Assembly (NCBI GenBank): GCA_030390025.1
Contig: CM059431.1
Location: forward strand, 119,600,001-119,664,000
Reading direction: 5' to 3'
Source of the DNA: Squalus acanthias
Taxonomy: Eukaryota
Length of the DNA: 64,000 nucleotides
Positions 36,724 through 49,736 of this stretch are shown one piece after another. The position numbers were made by a program, and so were the translations under genes. The notes beneath the pieces are model-generated. The model was given only the letters and a program-made list of their open reading frames with translations. It had not been told where the DNA came from and did not search any database. Position 1 is the stretch's first letter, and each line of letters opens with the position of its first letter.

Positions 36724-37437
36724 CTACCCTTGTGTGTTGTTAGTTAGTATGCTTGCAGTAGGATGAGGGTGAGTGTGAGGGGTGGCTAGTGAGATGGGGA
36801 AGTGATAATGTAGATAGAAAGGGTTGGGTGGAGGTGCAAGGTAAGTTGGTGTGATTAAGGATGTGCAGGAGTAGGGTAGGGAAGGCAGAGAGATGGGGAT
36901 GCGATGAGTGGCACAGCAGGGTGAGGTTGAGTGTGGCATCGCAGTAACGTTTTGTGATCTACTGAGATCATTGAAAGGTTGGCGCCACTGCAGCCAAGCA
37001 CTCCTGACGACATCCCTGCTTGTGTCCTGTAGTGCAATGTGCAACCAGACTGCGTTGATTTCCTGGGGAGGTCTCTTCCGCCATAGGAAGGGAAGAGAAT
37101 CTCCCTGTGTGTTGTGACTCCCTACATAAGCATATGGAGGGAGTCATGCGTGAGCCTGGGTGCTGACGTGCACCTTTGTGCAGTGCTGGTCAGTGTTTGC
37201 TGCACTTCAAAATCAATGTGACCGTGGTCCCTTTAAGGAAACCGGCTGATGATGCGTCATCAAATGACGCCATCAGACCTGCTTCCTGTTAATTGGCCAG
37301 GAACCCCGCAGGACAGGCATAACAAGGCCAATCTACGGAAAATCTTTTTGAGAGAGCGGCTGCAGACTGGAGTGGGACCAGAACCCGCCATCCAGCTCTC
37401 CCACCACCATCCCGCCTCCGCAGGGAAAATCCAGCCA
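36724..37437 (-). mobile_element. Old Harbinger-derived terminus with decayed Myb exon 1
   Basis: Inverted homologue of 9219-9831 plus 12700-12840, i.e. without the CR1 insertion. Minus peptide SRDVVRSAWLQWRQPFNDLSRS. Confidence 0.7.
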
Positions 37438-38920
37438 AGAGTGAATGTTTCAAGTCGAGGACCTTTCTTCAGAACTGGAAGATATTAGCAATGAACAGTT
37501 TTCAGCAAATACAAATCCAGGGAAAAGGGGGGCAGGGAAAGAACAAAAGGGAAGGTTGGTGATTGATAGAGTGGAGGGCAGGAGTGATTAAATGATGAAA
37601 ATGATGATGGTACAAGGCAAAAGAGGGTTTTAATGGAACAAGTAAAGAAATAATAGATGGGTCTACAGTATGTATAAATGGTTAGGGAAGAATAGCAGAG
37701 GGGGGGGCGGGGGGAAGCATGGAAAACCTGGGAAAGGCTCCTGTGGTTCAGGAATGTGGCAGAAAGGCAGGTAGACCCCAGGGGTGCGGACCACCCTGCC
37801 GGCCATGTACCGATAGTGCATCCCCACCCCAAGCACCAGCCCACACCCCCTCCACTCCCAATGGCTTTAGTGCAGCTGTCCTCCATTACCAACACCTGCT
37901 GTCTGAGTGAAAATGGGAGCAGTGGTTAAGATCTAAAGTTGTTACAACTCAGTGTTAAGGTCAGAAGGCTGTAGAGGGCCTAATAGGAAGATGCGGTGCT
38001 CTTTGTCGAGCTTTCATTAAGCTTCATTGGAACAGTGTCGTAAGCCAAGGACAGAGAGGTCAGATTTGGAGTGGGATGAAGAATTGAAGTGTCAAGTGAC
38101 TGGAAACTCGGGATGAGGCTTGTGGACCGAACAGAGATGTTCAGCAAAGTGATCACCAAATCCGCGTTTGGTCTCCCCAGTGTAGAGGAGACCACATCAT
38201 GAGCAGAGAATAGGGTATACCAAGTTGGAAGAAGTAGAAGTAAATCGCTGTTTCACCCGGAAAGAGTGTTTGGAGCCCTCGATGGTGGGAAGGGAGGAGG
38301 TGAAATGGCAGGTGTTGAATGCTGAAAGGAAAGAGGAGGGGAAGATGTGTTTGGTGGTGGCATCATGCTGCAGGTGACAGAAATGACGCAGGATGATCCG
38401 TTGAATGTGGAGGCTGGTGGACTGGAAGATGAGGACAAGAGGGACCCTATCATGGTTCTAGGAGGGAGGGGCAGGGGTGAGGGTGGAAGTGCAGGGAATG
38501 GGATGGACACAGTCGAAGGCCCTGTCAACCACGGTGGAGTGGAATCCTCAGCTAATGGAAAACAAAGACACTCTGGATGCACTGGTATGGAAGGTGGCAT
38601 TGTCAGAACAGATGCTACGGAGACAGAGAAACTGGGAGAATGGAATAGAGTTCTTACAGGAAGCAGGGTGGGAGAAAGTGTAATCAAGGTAGCTGTGGGA
38701 GACTGTGGGCTAGTAGTAGACATTGGTGGGCAGCCTATCCCCAGAAATAGAGATAGAGAAGTCTAGGAAGGGAAGGGAAGTGTCGGAGTTGGACCATGTA
38801 ACGGTAAGGGAGGGGTGGAAATTAGAAGCAAAGTTTACGAAATTTTCCTGTTCAGGGCGAGAGCAGGAAGTGACACCGACACAGTCATCAATGTACTGGA
38901 AAAAGAGGTCAGGGAAGAGA
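37438..38920 (-). mobile_element. Penelope-like element, decayed second copy
   Basis: Colinear with 20998-22380. Hammerhead-like CTGAAGA-AAGGTC-CTC-GACTT-GAAAC at 37447-37472 (minus strand). Confidence 0.88.
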
Positions 38921-39103
38921 CCTTAGTAGGATTGATTGATTGGTGGTTGATGTGGTTGTTAAAGATTTCTTGAACTTTTAACTTAGGGTGATAGTGTAAA
39001 ACTGGCAATATTGGGATCATCTGAGTCCAGATTTCATCCATATACTTATGAAATGAAATAGAGAGATGGGAAATGATTCAAATGTCAACAAGGATGGTTC
39101 TAA

Positions 39104-39785
39104 GGGGAAAAAATGTGGTTGCTTTGCGCCTCCCGTTAGTGCCCTAAGAGAGCGCTAACGGGGGGCGCAAAACAACTAGCGCCCGCCCGCAAAATTCACC
39201 GGGAGGTTAGCGATGGTGGTAACCGTTAGCGCCCCGCGGCACTGTGCCGCCGGCAATGACATCATCGGTGTGCGCAGCGCCCCGCTCGCGCCCCGGCCGC
39301 GATCTTCATTGGCGCCCCCCTGACTTACCGCCGGACACTATGTCCGACGGGGTCAGGGGGGCCCTACCTGCGGTCGGGGCGGCGCTAGTTAAAGGGGAGG
39401 TGGCGGGCGGCCATTTTTGTTGCTGGCCACCTGCCAGCACCTGCCCCCGTTGCCGTCCCTGGCCCCCGTGAAACCCCCCCCCCCGGGGTGCCGGCTGCTC
39501 TCCGTGAGCCCGGCACTCCTCTTGAGTGCCAGGCTCATTTGCCAACACTCCCGATCCCTGGTGGCCCAGCTGGGTGCCAGGACGCGCTGCGCCAGGTCCC
39601 TTCCCTTTAAGAAGGGGAGGAAGGACTGCAGTACTGCGGCACGTAGCGCCGTGATATTCCCTCGCAGTAGCGCCTCACCTCCCTCTTGGGGCGCTACCAT
39701 TCAATTTCGGCCACGGGGGGTGCTTATCTTTTAGCGCCCCGGCGAAGTTAGCACCCCAGAGGGGGCGCGACTCAATTTTTCCCCT
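39104..39785. mobile_element. Harbinger-type GC-rich MITE
   Basis: GGGGAAAAAAT / AATTTTTCCCCT with TSD TAA/TAA. Inverted relative of 35477-36097. Confidence 0.88.
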
Positions 39786-39933
39786 TAAGTCTTTGACCAA
39801 TGACCTTTAAAAAGAGGTCTAAGAAGCTCAAGCTTTTCTCACTTTCGAGAATGGGTTTGCAGTAGTAAATGATCCACAGTGCTTAAGCTAGAAAGAGAAT
39901 CAATAGAGTGGACATGAAAAAATACTTTGTGTG

Positions 39934-40188
39934 GAAGTAGTAAAATGCAACAAGGAAACAATATTAGAAGCAAAGGAAAGGGAAATGTAACTAAACTTTT
40001 TAATAAAATGTGTACAGTTATGAAATAAATATGGACAGGTTACTGATTCAGCAGGAAATCGAGAAATACATTCTGAATCAGTAACCTATCCATATTTATT
40101 TCATAACCGTACACTTTTTATTAAAAAGTTTAGTTACATTTCTTTTCTTTGCTTCTAATATTGTTTCCTTTTTGCATTTTACTATTTC
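39934..40188. repeat. Long inverted repeat (arms ~117 bp, 21-nt loop)
   Basis: 39934-40051 pairs with 40073-40188 with few mismatches. Confidence 0.95.
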
Positions 40189-40948
40189 AATACCACTAAA
40201 TCCGCCCCTGCTTCAGCTCATCTGCTGCTGAAACCTTTATCCATGCCTTTATTAGCTCCAGACTCGACTACTCCAAAGCTCTCCTGGCTGGCCTCCCATC
40301 TTGCACCCTTCATAAACTTGAGCTCATCTAAAATGATGCTGTCCGTATCCTAACTCGCACCAAGTCCCATTCACCCATCACCCTTATGCTCGCTGACCTA
40401 TATCGGCTCTTGGTTCGGCAATGCCTCGATTTTAAGGGGGAAAAATTCAGTTGGTTGCGCCTCTCGTTAGCGCCTTAAGAGGGCGCTAATGGGGCGCAAA
40501 GCAGCTAGCGCCCGGGCGCAGCGATGTTTGCGCCGCTCGTGAACTTAACTAGACATTTTGCGGCGGCGCTAAACTTTATCGCCGCGATCTCCTGCGCGCG
40601 CAGATTGTGATGTCATACGAGAGTGCAACGCCCTTGTGGCGCCCCGGAGCAGAATTTCAGTGGCACCCCCATCCTTACCGCCTGGCGCATCCAACGACCG
40701 GAAGAGTGGAATGCTAACAATCGCTGTGGGGCTGGGGGGGGGGGCGCTATTTAAAGGGGGCCTCTTCCTGTCTTTCTCTGTGGTTGACATTTTTGCACCA
40801 CTCGTTCTGAGAGAGAGAGAGAGATTCGGAGAGAGAGAAAGAGAGACTTCTGCATTGAGTCAACGCTGTGTGAGGTAGTTTTGGCTACTCATCCTAACTT
40901 CGCTGGTACTTTGGTTTCTGGCCTTCATAACTTTGCTTGCTAAGAGAT

Positions 40949-41979
40949 ATGGGGGCTGCACTGATGGGGGGCGGTGTCCTGCGCCAGCTGAATCGGAGGA
41001 GACAGAGACGCAGAGAGAGAGTGGCAATGATGGCCAGACGGAGGAGGGCCAACAGGCGTCTGTACAGGAGAGCTTACCCTCCCAGGGTATATCGTGAACA
41101 GCTCTCCTACATTCATATGTCTGATGAGCAGTGTCTGCGAAGGCTGCGCTTCAGCAAGGAGGTGGTCACTGAGCTCTGCCACCTGCTGCAGCCAGATCTG
41201 CAGCCTCAACTGAGGTCCAGGACGTCTCTGTCGGTGGCAGTGAAGGTCACAGTGGCTCTGAACTTTTATGCTACTGGCTCATTTCAATCTGCTGTTGGGG
41301 ACATCGCCAATATCTCCCAGTTCGCGGTGCATTGCTGCATCAGGAAGGTCACAAATGCCCTCTTTAAAAGGAGACGAGAGTTCATCTCTTTCCCCATGAC
41401 CCCAGACAAGCAGCAAGAACGCGCTCTGGGCTTTGCGAGGATAGCGGGATTCCCCATGGTGCAGGGCGCCATTGACTGCACGCATGTGGCTTTGCGTGCT
41501 CCGCAGGAGAATGCCGAGGATTTCCGGAACAGAAAGGGGTTCCATTCCTTGAATGTTCAGTTGGTCTGTGACCACAGACAGCTGATACTCGCTGTCAATG
41601 CCCACTAACCTGGCAGCTGCCACGATGCTTTCATCCTGCGCCAGACTACTGTGGCAGAACTTTTCGAGGCACCGCATCAGCCAGTTGGTTGGCTTCTCGG
41701 GGACAAGGGGTATCCACTGAGCACCTGGCTGATGACAACGCTCCGTATGCCCAACACCCCTGCTGAGCTGCGGTACAACAAGAGCCATCAAGCTACCAGG
41801 AACATCGTGGAGCACACAGTCGGCGTGCTCAAGCAACGGTTCCGCTGTCTCGACCATTCTGGAGGAGCCCTGCAGTACTCGCCTGAGCGAGTTTCCAACA
41901 TTGTAGTTGTGTGCTGCATGCTGCACAACATGGCAATCCTCAGGACCCAGCCAATGCCACCAGGCCTTGGAGCACCACC

Positions 41980-42010
<31 letters not shown>

Positions 42011-42109
42011 GAGGAGGATGATCAGCAGCAGCACCAAGGCGTGAGGGCGGCCCACAATGGTGAAACTGCAAGGGCCGTCCGTCAGCGGCTGATAGCAAGC
42101 CGCTTCTAG
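40949..42109 (+). pseudogene. Harbinger DDE transposase (HARBI1-like family), 386 codons with a single in-frame stop at 41606-41608
   Basis: GAIDCTH, NRKGFHSLNVQ, LLGDKGY and [15 protein letters not shown] here aligns with NACYPGS in the sister copy, and both ORF halves are in the same frame. Confidence 0.95.
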
Positions 42110-42464
42110 GCCCCTGCTGTGGAAAAGGCTTCTGCCATTGAGAACAGCATGAATGAACCCAACACGCAACCCCTAAGCCGGCCAAGGCACCAATGATTCC
42201 AAACACCAAACATGTATATTTTGAGTACCAAAACTTATTTATTTTACAAACTCTGTGTGTGTCATTTCTTCATGACAAACTCATACAAATAAACACAAAA
42301 AAACAGTCATTACCATAACTGGTTCTCACAACCTGGAGATCATGTGCAAAACACTCAACAAAAGTTTGACCACGAACCTCGGCCTTTAATAAAAAAATGA
42401 CCAGCATTTTGTCACACCTCCTACATCGAGGGTGAACTCCTTCCCGTGCGCCCTTCCCCCCTTC

Positions 42465-44155
42465 TTACCCTACTGCTCCTCCGCAATGGGACCTCAGTGG
42501 CTGCAGCAAGGCTGGTGGAAGCTGCTGACTGTCAGGCCCTGACAATGCAGATGCCCTTGAGGGACGGCCTCGACCAGTTCTGGGCCTGGAGGGCCCGGCT
42601 GCAGACTGCACCAACTCTGCATGGGCGGCAGCAGTCTGTCCTACAGGCGGTGGCAACTGCAGTGGAGAAGTGACAGTGGTGGCAGCAGGAATGCTGTCAC
42701 CTTGAGCGAGGACAGCAACTCCCTGCTCGACCGGCACACTGGCACTCCCACGGGGCAGCACCTCAGCATCCGGAGCAATCTGCTGGAGCACAGAATGCTG
42801 GCGTGCTGCGGCGCGGTGAGAGCCCCGGGGAAATGTGAACGAACCAGCAAGGATGGCAGCAGACAGTGCTCGCATGACCTCAATCTGAGTCTGCATGAGA
42901 GCAGTCTGAGATTGAATTGCAGCACTGAGCTTCAGTGTCGCATCCGCCTGTGCTGCAGCGAAGTGCTCCACACTCCTTGCCAGTGCTTCAATGCATTCGG
43001 GCACCCTACCCACTGCAGCCATGAGCTCAGTGTGCATGCCCACCGCCTGGGTGTTCATTTCCGCGATCAGCCGCTCCTCCTCTGCGTCCAGTGCAGCAGG
43101 ACTCGCTGGCATACTCTCCCTCCGGGGAGAAGGCCCCCGAGCTTCCCTACCCCCATCGCGTTGCTGCAGCCCGCTGGGTCCTGGAGCTTCACCCTCATCA
43201 GACCCTTCCCCCCTGCTCCCCTTCAGGGAAGGCGTGTTCCCAGTGTCGGCATGGGCTTCCTCGGGAGAGGGTGGCACTGATGCTCCGGCTTCCTCTTCCT
43301 CCTCGGCTGCAGCTTCCCTCCCACTGGCAGCTTCAGGGCCCGTCTCCTCAGCTGGTGAATCACCATCTGAAAGCAGGGAGGTACAAGAGTGGCTTCAGCA
43401 TGAGGACAGGGTGGCAGTAAGGGAGGAATAAGTGCAGCGAGTTAGTAAGTTGGATTGAAAGTGTCAAAGGCTGGTGTTGTGAGGGACAAGTGGAAGGACA
43501 GAGGACAAAAAGGTGATGACCTTACCATTGCTGTCCAGAACAGGGTCGGTGTCTCCAGTGGCGACGGGACCGATCACCCGGCTTGCCACAATCCTGTGGA
43601 CGCGCTCCTCAAGATCGCTGAGGGGTTGCAGCTGAGGCCGCCCTCCACCCGTCCGTTGCTGCTGTCTCCTATTATGCGCCAGCTTGGCCTGCAAGAAAAA
43701 GGACGGCGTCTGAGTAAATATACAGCCATGGTCTTGCCTGATGTGCCTCCCTTAGGTGAATAGCCCTTACTGTATGCAAAGTATGGAATGTGTGTGTGTG
43801 CTTCATGAAAGGGCAATAGGTGTTGGATGAGTGTTGTTAATTGTGGTTTTAAGACCCTCTGGCCATAGAGTGAGGTTGAGATGGAGGGATGGAGAGGTAT
43901 TGCAAAAAAGCCACTCACCCTGACGACCCGAGTGAGGTCGTTGAACTTTTTCCGGCATTGGACATGGGTCCTGGGCACCATGCTCCTGGAGGAGACGCGC
44001 TGAGCCACCTCCCTCCACACTCTTCTGTAGTCGCGCGGCAAAGGCCTCCTGCCACTCTCTGGGTACAGTATTGGTCTTCGGCGCTCCACCGCGCCAACCA
44101 GAGCATCCAAGGCCCGCTCGGTGAAGCGCTCAGCTCGTTCTCTCACCCTCTCCAT
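42465..44155 (-). CDS. Harbinger Myb/SANT-like DNA-binding protein, 3 exons (44155-43919, 43688-43526, 43366-42465)
   Basis: RAERFT..W.EVA..V..R...QCRKKFNDL trihelix. GT-AG introns in phases 0 and 1 join in frame. Exon lengths 237 and 163 are identical in the sister copy. Probable 1-nt frameshift near the C-terminus. Confidence 0.88.
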
Positions 44156-44699
44156 CCTTGGCTGGAAAATGGATTCACAGGTCTCTCCAGGCCAAGATTC
44201 AAGGCTGCAATGAGCAGGGTGTGGCTGGGGAGCAAGATCGCCCCCCCCCCTTTAAGAACTGGCCGGCGCCAGTGTGTCTGTGTTCCCTCGCTAACTGGCA
44301 GCACCTGCGCTGCGCTCGCGCTCTGAGTTAGCGCCTCACTCCTCGGCCTTTGCGCCTTAAGACAGGTGTGCAGCGCCTGATTTAGCGCTCCAATCACCTC
44401 CCGGGGCGTTAAAAGTGAAGTTTCCAGTCAGTGGCGATAATTAGTAGTAGTGGTGGTCTGCAGTCTGGTCTGGTTCCTTCTCTTCCTGGTCACAGAGACC
44501 ACCACGCTCCTCACTCTCCTTCCTCTCCTTCTCCTGGCTGTGGCAGCTGCAGACCCAACAACCTAACAACTCCTTAAGTGGCTCGGTGTCAAATTTTGTT
44601 TGACAATTGCTCCTGTGCAGTGCCTTGGGACGTTTTGCTATGTTAAAAGTGCTATATAAATGCAAGTTGTTGTTTTAAATGGACATTGCTTATCTTATT

Positions 44700-46045
44700 T
44701 CTCATTTCTCCTATTTCTCATCTACATGTGAAGGGATAATTACTAGTCCTAGCCCCTTTAGGGCTACCCCGGATCAGGCATATTCCTCAGACGTTCACTT
44801 TCAACTAAAGTTTGAGGTAGCCGAATCCTAAAGACGCTTAATTGGGTCTAAAGGTCTGGACCATCTCCCCCTAAAGGAAAGGAACAACCTGAAGATGTTA
44901 CCGTCCTCCAGATAGCACTTTTAATAAGTTTAGCTAGACTGTAACGTTCCGGATATTATGAGGGTCCGGAAAACTCCCCCAAAATTCTGCAACTCCTCAC
45001 CAAAGAGTGTACAGAGATTGAGTTTGCGAGTTTTTGATACAGAAGTCTTATGTGAGACAATTCTAAAAATATATAGATTTATTAAAGAACCGACATGCAG
45101 TTTACAGTTGGTGAGTCAATTGCAACATTAACAGTTCCAAAAAGAGAAAGCTTACAATCTTATTATCAGAGAACCTTACTCTCAAATCTTAACTTCGCTA
45201 CAGTTTTACAGTTCTTAAAGTTCTATTCAGGATATCCACCAAAATCAAATACCTTTGATCCCCGAGGTACAAAGTGTTGGAGACTTACATAGCCGCCTCT
45301 GAAGCTGAGAATCGCTTTGCCCCTTTAAAGCGAGTCTACTATCCCATTTGAGAGTTCAATATTTATTCCCTTTTCCAGTGGTATTTGCTTTAAGGTTTTC
45401 TGCTGATGTAAGCTAATTATCTCTAGTCATTTTTCTGCTGACCCCTGCAATTCTTACAGTCACCTCAGCTGGTAGCATTACAGAATTATGTCTCTTCTCT
45501 AGGTGTTCTAAGTTTACCATAAAAACCGGTGTTATGGCAGGTGTGTTTTTTACTTGATGTCATTTTTACGAAGGCAGATGTTTCTTACTTTTATGTGCAT
45601 CTTTACGAAGTGTAAATTAGAACACCTTTTCCAGGTTGAACCATTGTTTCATTCCGAAAGGTTCAGCCTGCTGGAGCCTTTAACCTTCTGTTTCAATAAG
45701 GTTATTGATTCAGTGTCAACGACTATCTTATCTCTATAGCCAGAATGCTTTCACAGCTTTTTCATAGTTAGGTTTCTAGATTTCCAGACCCAGTTTGTCA
45801 TGTTTTAATAAGGCCAGAATTCTTTCATAGAATGGTGTATTTTTCTGAATAGGTTATATGGCTTATTCCTTCACACATGTTGACCCTTGGCGACATCATC
45901 CGAAAACACAGCGTCAGTTTCCACATGTATGTTGACGACACCCAGCTCTACCTCAAATTTTTTGTCTTATAATACTCCTGTGCAGCGCCTTGGGACGTTT
46001 TATTATGTTAAAGGTGCTATATAAATTTAAGTTGTTGTTGTTGTT
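44700..46045 (+). mobile_element. Internally deleted L2 fragment split by a solo LTR
   Basis: TTTCTCATCTACATG|..|TTGACCCTTGGCGACATCATC..YVDDTQLY, then the L2 3' tail. Confidence 0.8.
44729..45875 (-). mobile_element. Probable solo LTR (~1.15 kb)
   Basis: TGAAGGgATAA ... TTATtCCTTCA(CA) termini. CATG duplicated (or a 6-bp yACATG). Cleanly interrupts L2, has no ORF, and has minus-strand AATAAA at ~45078. Confidence 0.75.
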
Positions 46046-47619
46046 ATTGTGGTTTATGGGATGTTGCTGATGTAGAGTGGTTGTCATGTATGCCTAAATA
46101 GTAACGGTCTGTGCATCACTCAGCAATTCAGTATCTGAAGTCCTTTGAGATATTTCAATCACATAATAAAGTATTATATAAATGTAAAAATGTATTCATT
46201 TTTTCCTGAGTTTCAAGGATCATTGAAGTATATTGTTGAGGAAGGCAACTAGGATGTGTTCCATAAGAATAGGGAGGTATTCTGTAGTTTGCTTGGGATA
46301 GGGATTTTCCTTAAAAGATTAAATGGTCTGTGATAAGAGTATTTGTTGCGTCAAAGGAATGGGTAGAAGCTCCATTTCTGATTTCAAGGATTCTTATGTC
46401 ATTATGTCCTCTGCATAGACTTCTAATACAGGCTCGTATCCCTGCTCATCACATATTGTGAGACTCTATTATAGTAAATTCACCAGCACCACTGATTGCT
46501 CCCACCCCAGCTTTTTATGTTCATTTTCTGATGGAAAGCAGGTACATTCCGCTTGTTTACCTTGTTTTACTCTTTCTCAGCTTCCCTTTCCCACCAACTT
46601 AGCAGCAAATAACAGAATTGCACTCATGGTTCCCAAGAGTTCGCCTCACAGAGGCTCATCTGAGTGAAAACATTTGAGTTTTTCAAAATTTATGTGACTA
46701 GAAATGCAAATTGTTTTGTTTTTAAAGTAAACTCTGTATATTTCTTTCCCCCTCTTATCATTATTCTTTCCACTATTTCACTCTTAAGAGTCTGGTTCCA
46801 TTCTCTCTCTTTCACTGCTATCTTTCTGGTGATCTGAATAGCTCAGTTACCATCTGAAGGCTGATTCTTAGTGCAACATGAGAGAGTCTGAAACTTGCAA
46901 ATATATTGACTACCTAAGGTTTCCTGCCTAGTTTATGAAAATCTTTCTAATGTGCTTGTAACATAGAACTTAAATCCGAATGAATGCATTGACAATTAGA
47001 ATATCCCCTTATTGTCAAAGGCTATGTGACATCAAAAGTGCTTAACAGAATTATTGGAAAATTGATACAAATTGTGTACAACCTATTCATTTTCTTAGCT
47101 TTTTTTTGCTCAGGTTTGGGATAAGTAATGAACCCACTTTTTTAAACAAAGTCATTAGTGCATTTTTAGAGTAAGTTCATTTCAAGGTTAGTGCTAATTT
47201 TATGGTTTTACTGCCCCATTCGGTCTATGCGCAGGTACTGACAACAAGTTTATATGCGTGTTCATAGCTCCATCTCGTGGCAGCAAATTCCCAGCCAAGC
47301 TGAAGCAACGAAAATAACTCTGATTGCATAGTAACAGGAAATGCCTATTAGAAACTCTTGATTGATTAGGATATTATTTCATCAGAGTCGACATAATGCA
47401 GTTTCCTGGTTTGATTATTATTACACTCAGTACTTTGACAAAAATAACAGAATTTAATCAGCGCAAGTGCCTGAAGTTTATTTCCAGGAAAGTGAGCCAA
47501 TTTGCCTCTTAAATTCTTGCAAATATTCACATATTCAACTTAATCATTTAAATGACATTTCAATCCAATACTGTACTTGCCATTCTTCTATGTTTAGCTT
47601 TGTTATGGCTTAAATAGGA

Positions 47620-47910
47620 TTACATAGGATATACGGCACAGAAACAGGCCATTCGGCCCAACCAGTCCATGCCGGTGTTTATGCTCCACTCAAGCCTCCT
47701 CCCGTCTTTCCTCATCTAAATCTATCAGCATAACCCTCTATTCCCTTCACCCTCATATGTTTGTCCCCTTGAGTGCACCCATACTATTCGCTTCAACCAC
47801 TCCCTGTGGCAGCGAGTTCCACATTCTCACCACTCTTTGGGTAAAGAAGTTTCTTCTGAATTCCCTATTGAATTTCTTGGTGACTATCTTATATTGATGG
47901 CCTTTAATTA
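47620..47910 (-). mobile_element. CR1 3' fragment
   Basis: Tail (TACATAGGAT) and CR1 3' UTR on the minus strand. Same subfamily as 53940-54415. Confidence 0.85.
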
Positions 47911-48233
47911 TGCTTATGCGGTTTTAGTAAATAATTAATCATTTTTAATAAAATAGATTTATTAAACTGGCCTAGAATTGTATATTTGGCTTCAACAATA
48001 TTGAATAGATGCGTTTAGCATTGCTTGATCCGCTGTGAGTGTATTTTAAAAGGACTATTCAACATATCCATATCATAGGTGGCAGCTATTAGCAATAAAT
48101 TCTGGGAAATACTGTCAGGTTTCTTGCATTCATCTTTCCACATATTAAACTATTTCAAGCAATATAAAAAAAAAATGAAATCCATTATATTATACTGACT
48201 TTATGAGGGTGTCACTTAAAAAAAATATATTAT

Positions 48234-48995
48234 GGGCCAGAAATTCGGCTTTCCGGCTTCCTGCGGGTGCAAGCATCGCGCGCGTACTTGCCTACCGCGC
48301 CTGCAGTTGTGCTTTGGGCCCACGAGGACTTCGGGTCCTGGGCCTCCTCCAGCTGCCGGCGCGCAGTGCTTGCATATCCTGGGGCGCAGTTAGTTCGAAG
48401 CGTCCCCTGGGATCACGTGGGCCATGGAGAGCCAATCCTAGCAGGGCATTTTCATTCATAGATTTGACAGAAAGACCTGTCAAATCTATGAATAGAGATC
48501 AGCCCCAAAACCACACTTAAACTTCAAATAAATTTTAAAAAATATCACATTTTTAAAATAACTATAAGTTAAATAAATTAACTACTTTAAACAAAAATTT
48601 AAATTTTTGAAAAAATTAATTAGACATTTTAACTGTGCTAAAAATAAACTTACCTTTCATTAAAGTATCTAAAAAAGATAAACCTGTTGAAAAAATGTTT
48701 AAATTGTAATTAATTAACCACTTACCTTGTTAAAAACAGGCCTTGCGCCTCCTTTTTAAAAGTGCAGCTTCTCCATACTTACCTTCCCGGAGAAACCTGA
48801 AAAAAAAAACGAAGTTCGCTGCGTGCGTGCAGCCTCCACCGCGCACGCGTTCGACTTCTGAACCCCACCCTTCAGGGGAACGGAAGTTCCGGTTTCCCGC
48901 GCATGCGCAGTGCATGCAGGAAACCGGCACTTCAGGTGGCCTTACGGGTGAGTACACAGCGCGTACTCACCCGATAACAGCCGAATTTCTGGCCC
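48234..48995 (-). mobile_element. Harbinger family-B MITE
   Basis: 17-bp perfect TIR GGGCCAGAAATTCGGCT. Inverted near-copy of 7354-8115. Confidence 0.93.
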
Positions 48996-49277
48996 ATTGT
49001 AATTGATTTTTTGAATTACGTAACACTCCCTTAGCCCAGCTGGTTCTTCCTCTCTTTGGATCATCTGGATTGACAAGTAACAGTGAACCTATCACATTTA
49101 TCCTAATCACATGTATTACTGGAAGAAATTGCCAATTAAGAAAGTCTTGCCTTTTATATAATGCCATATCAAGTCTCTCAGATAGATCTTAAAGTATATC
49201 TATATTAATTTACAAAGCACAAAAACATAATTGGGGAAATAGAATAATTGCTTAAAATTGAAAGTCTCAATAATATT

Positions 49278-49736
49278 GCAGCTGTGGCTCAGTTGGTAGG
49301 ACACTAGCCTCTGAGTCAGAAGGTTGTGGGTTCAAGTCCCACTCCATGGACTTGAGCACATTATGCTAGGCTGACACTCCAGTGCAGTGCTGAGGAAGCG
49401 CTGCACTGTCAGAGGTGCTGTCTTTTGGATGAGACGTTAAACTGAGGCCCCGTCTGCTCTCTCAGGTGGACGTAAAAGATCCCATGGCGCTATTTCGAAG
49501 AAGAAGAACAGGGAAATTATCCCTGGTGTCCTGGCCAATATTTATCCCTCAACCAACATAACAAAAACAGATGATTTGGTCATTATCACATTGCTGTTTG
49601 TGGGACCTTGCTGTGTGCAAATTGGCTGCCACATTACAACAGTGACTCCACTTCAAATAGTACTTAATTGGCTGTAAAGCGCTTTGAGACGTCCGGTGGT
49701 CATGAAAGGCGCTATACAAATGTAAGTTTTTCTTTT
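49278..49736 (+). mobile_element. tRNA-derived Deu-domain SINE (SacSINE1-like), full length
   Basis: A box TGGCTCAGTTGG at 49285 and B box GGTTCAAGTCC at 49329. Deu core GGATGAGACGTTAAA..AAGATCCCATGGC..GTGTCCTGGCCAA and an L2-like tail. Confidence 0.88.

Larger units (their letters stand above)
40436..44444 (+). mobile_element. PIF/Harbinger two-gene transposon (family A, subfamily 2), right terminus truncated
   Basis: Left TIR GGGGGAAAAATTCAGT preceded by TAA. Transposase and convergent Myb gene. The last ~70 bp, including the right TIR, are missing relative to the MITEs. Confidence 0.96.
40190..44675 (+). mobile_element. L2 3' fragment split by Harbinger insertion (40190-40435 and ~44560-44675)
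   Basis: Both parts are colinear with 15100-15330 and 15610-15726. Confidence 0.8.

Noticed and set aside
35477..39785. CpG-rich patches as host CpG-island promoters
   Set aside because: Each coincides exactly with a TIR-bounded MITE.
41279..43431. Long antisense ORFs (296, 219 and 146 aa)
   Set aside because: They are shadows of GC-rich transposase and Myb coding sequence.
49278..49350. tRNA gene
   Set aside because: The tRNA-like head continues into a Deu body and LINE-like tail, so it is a SINE.
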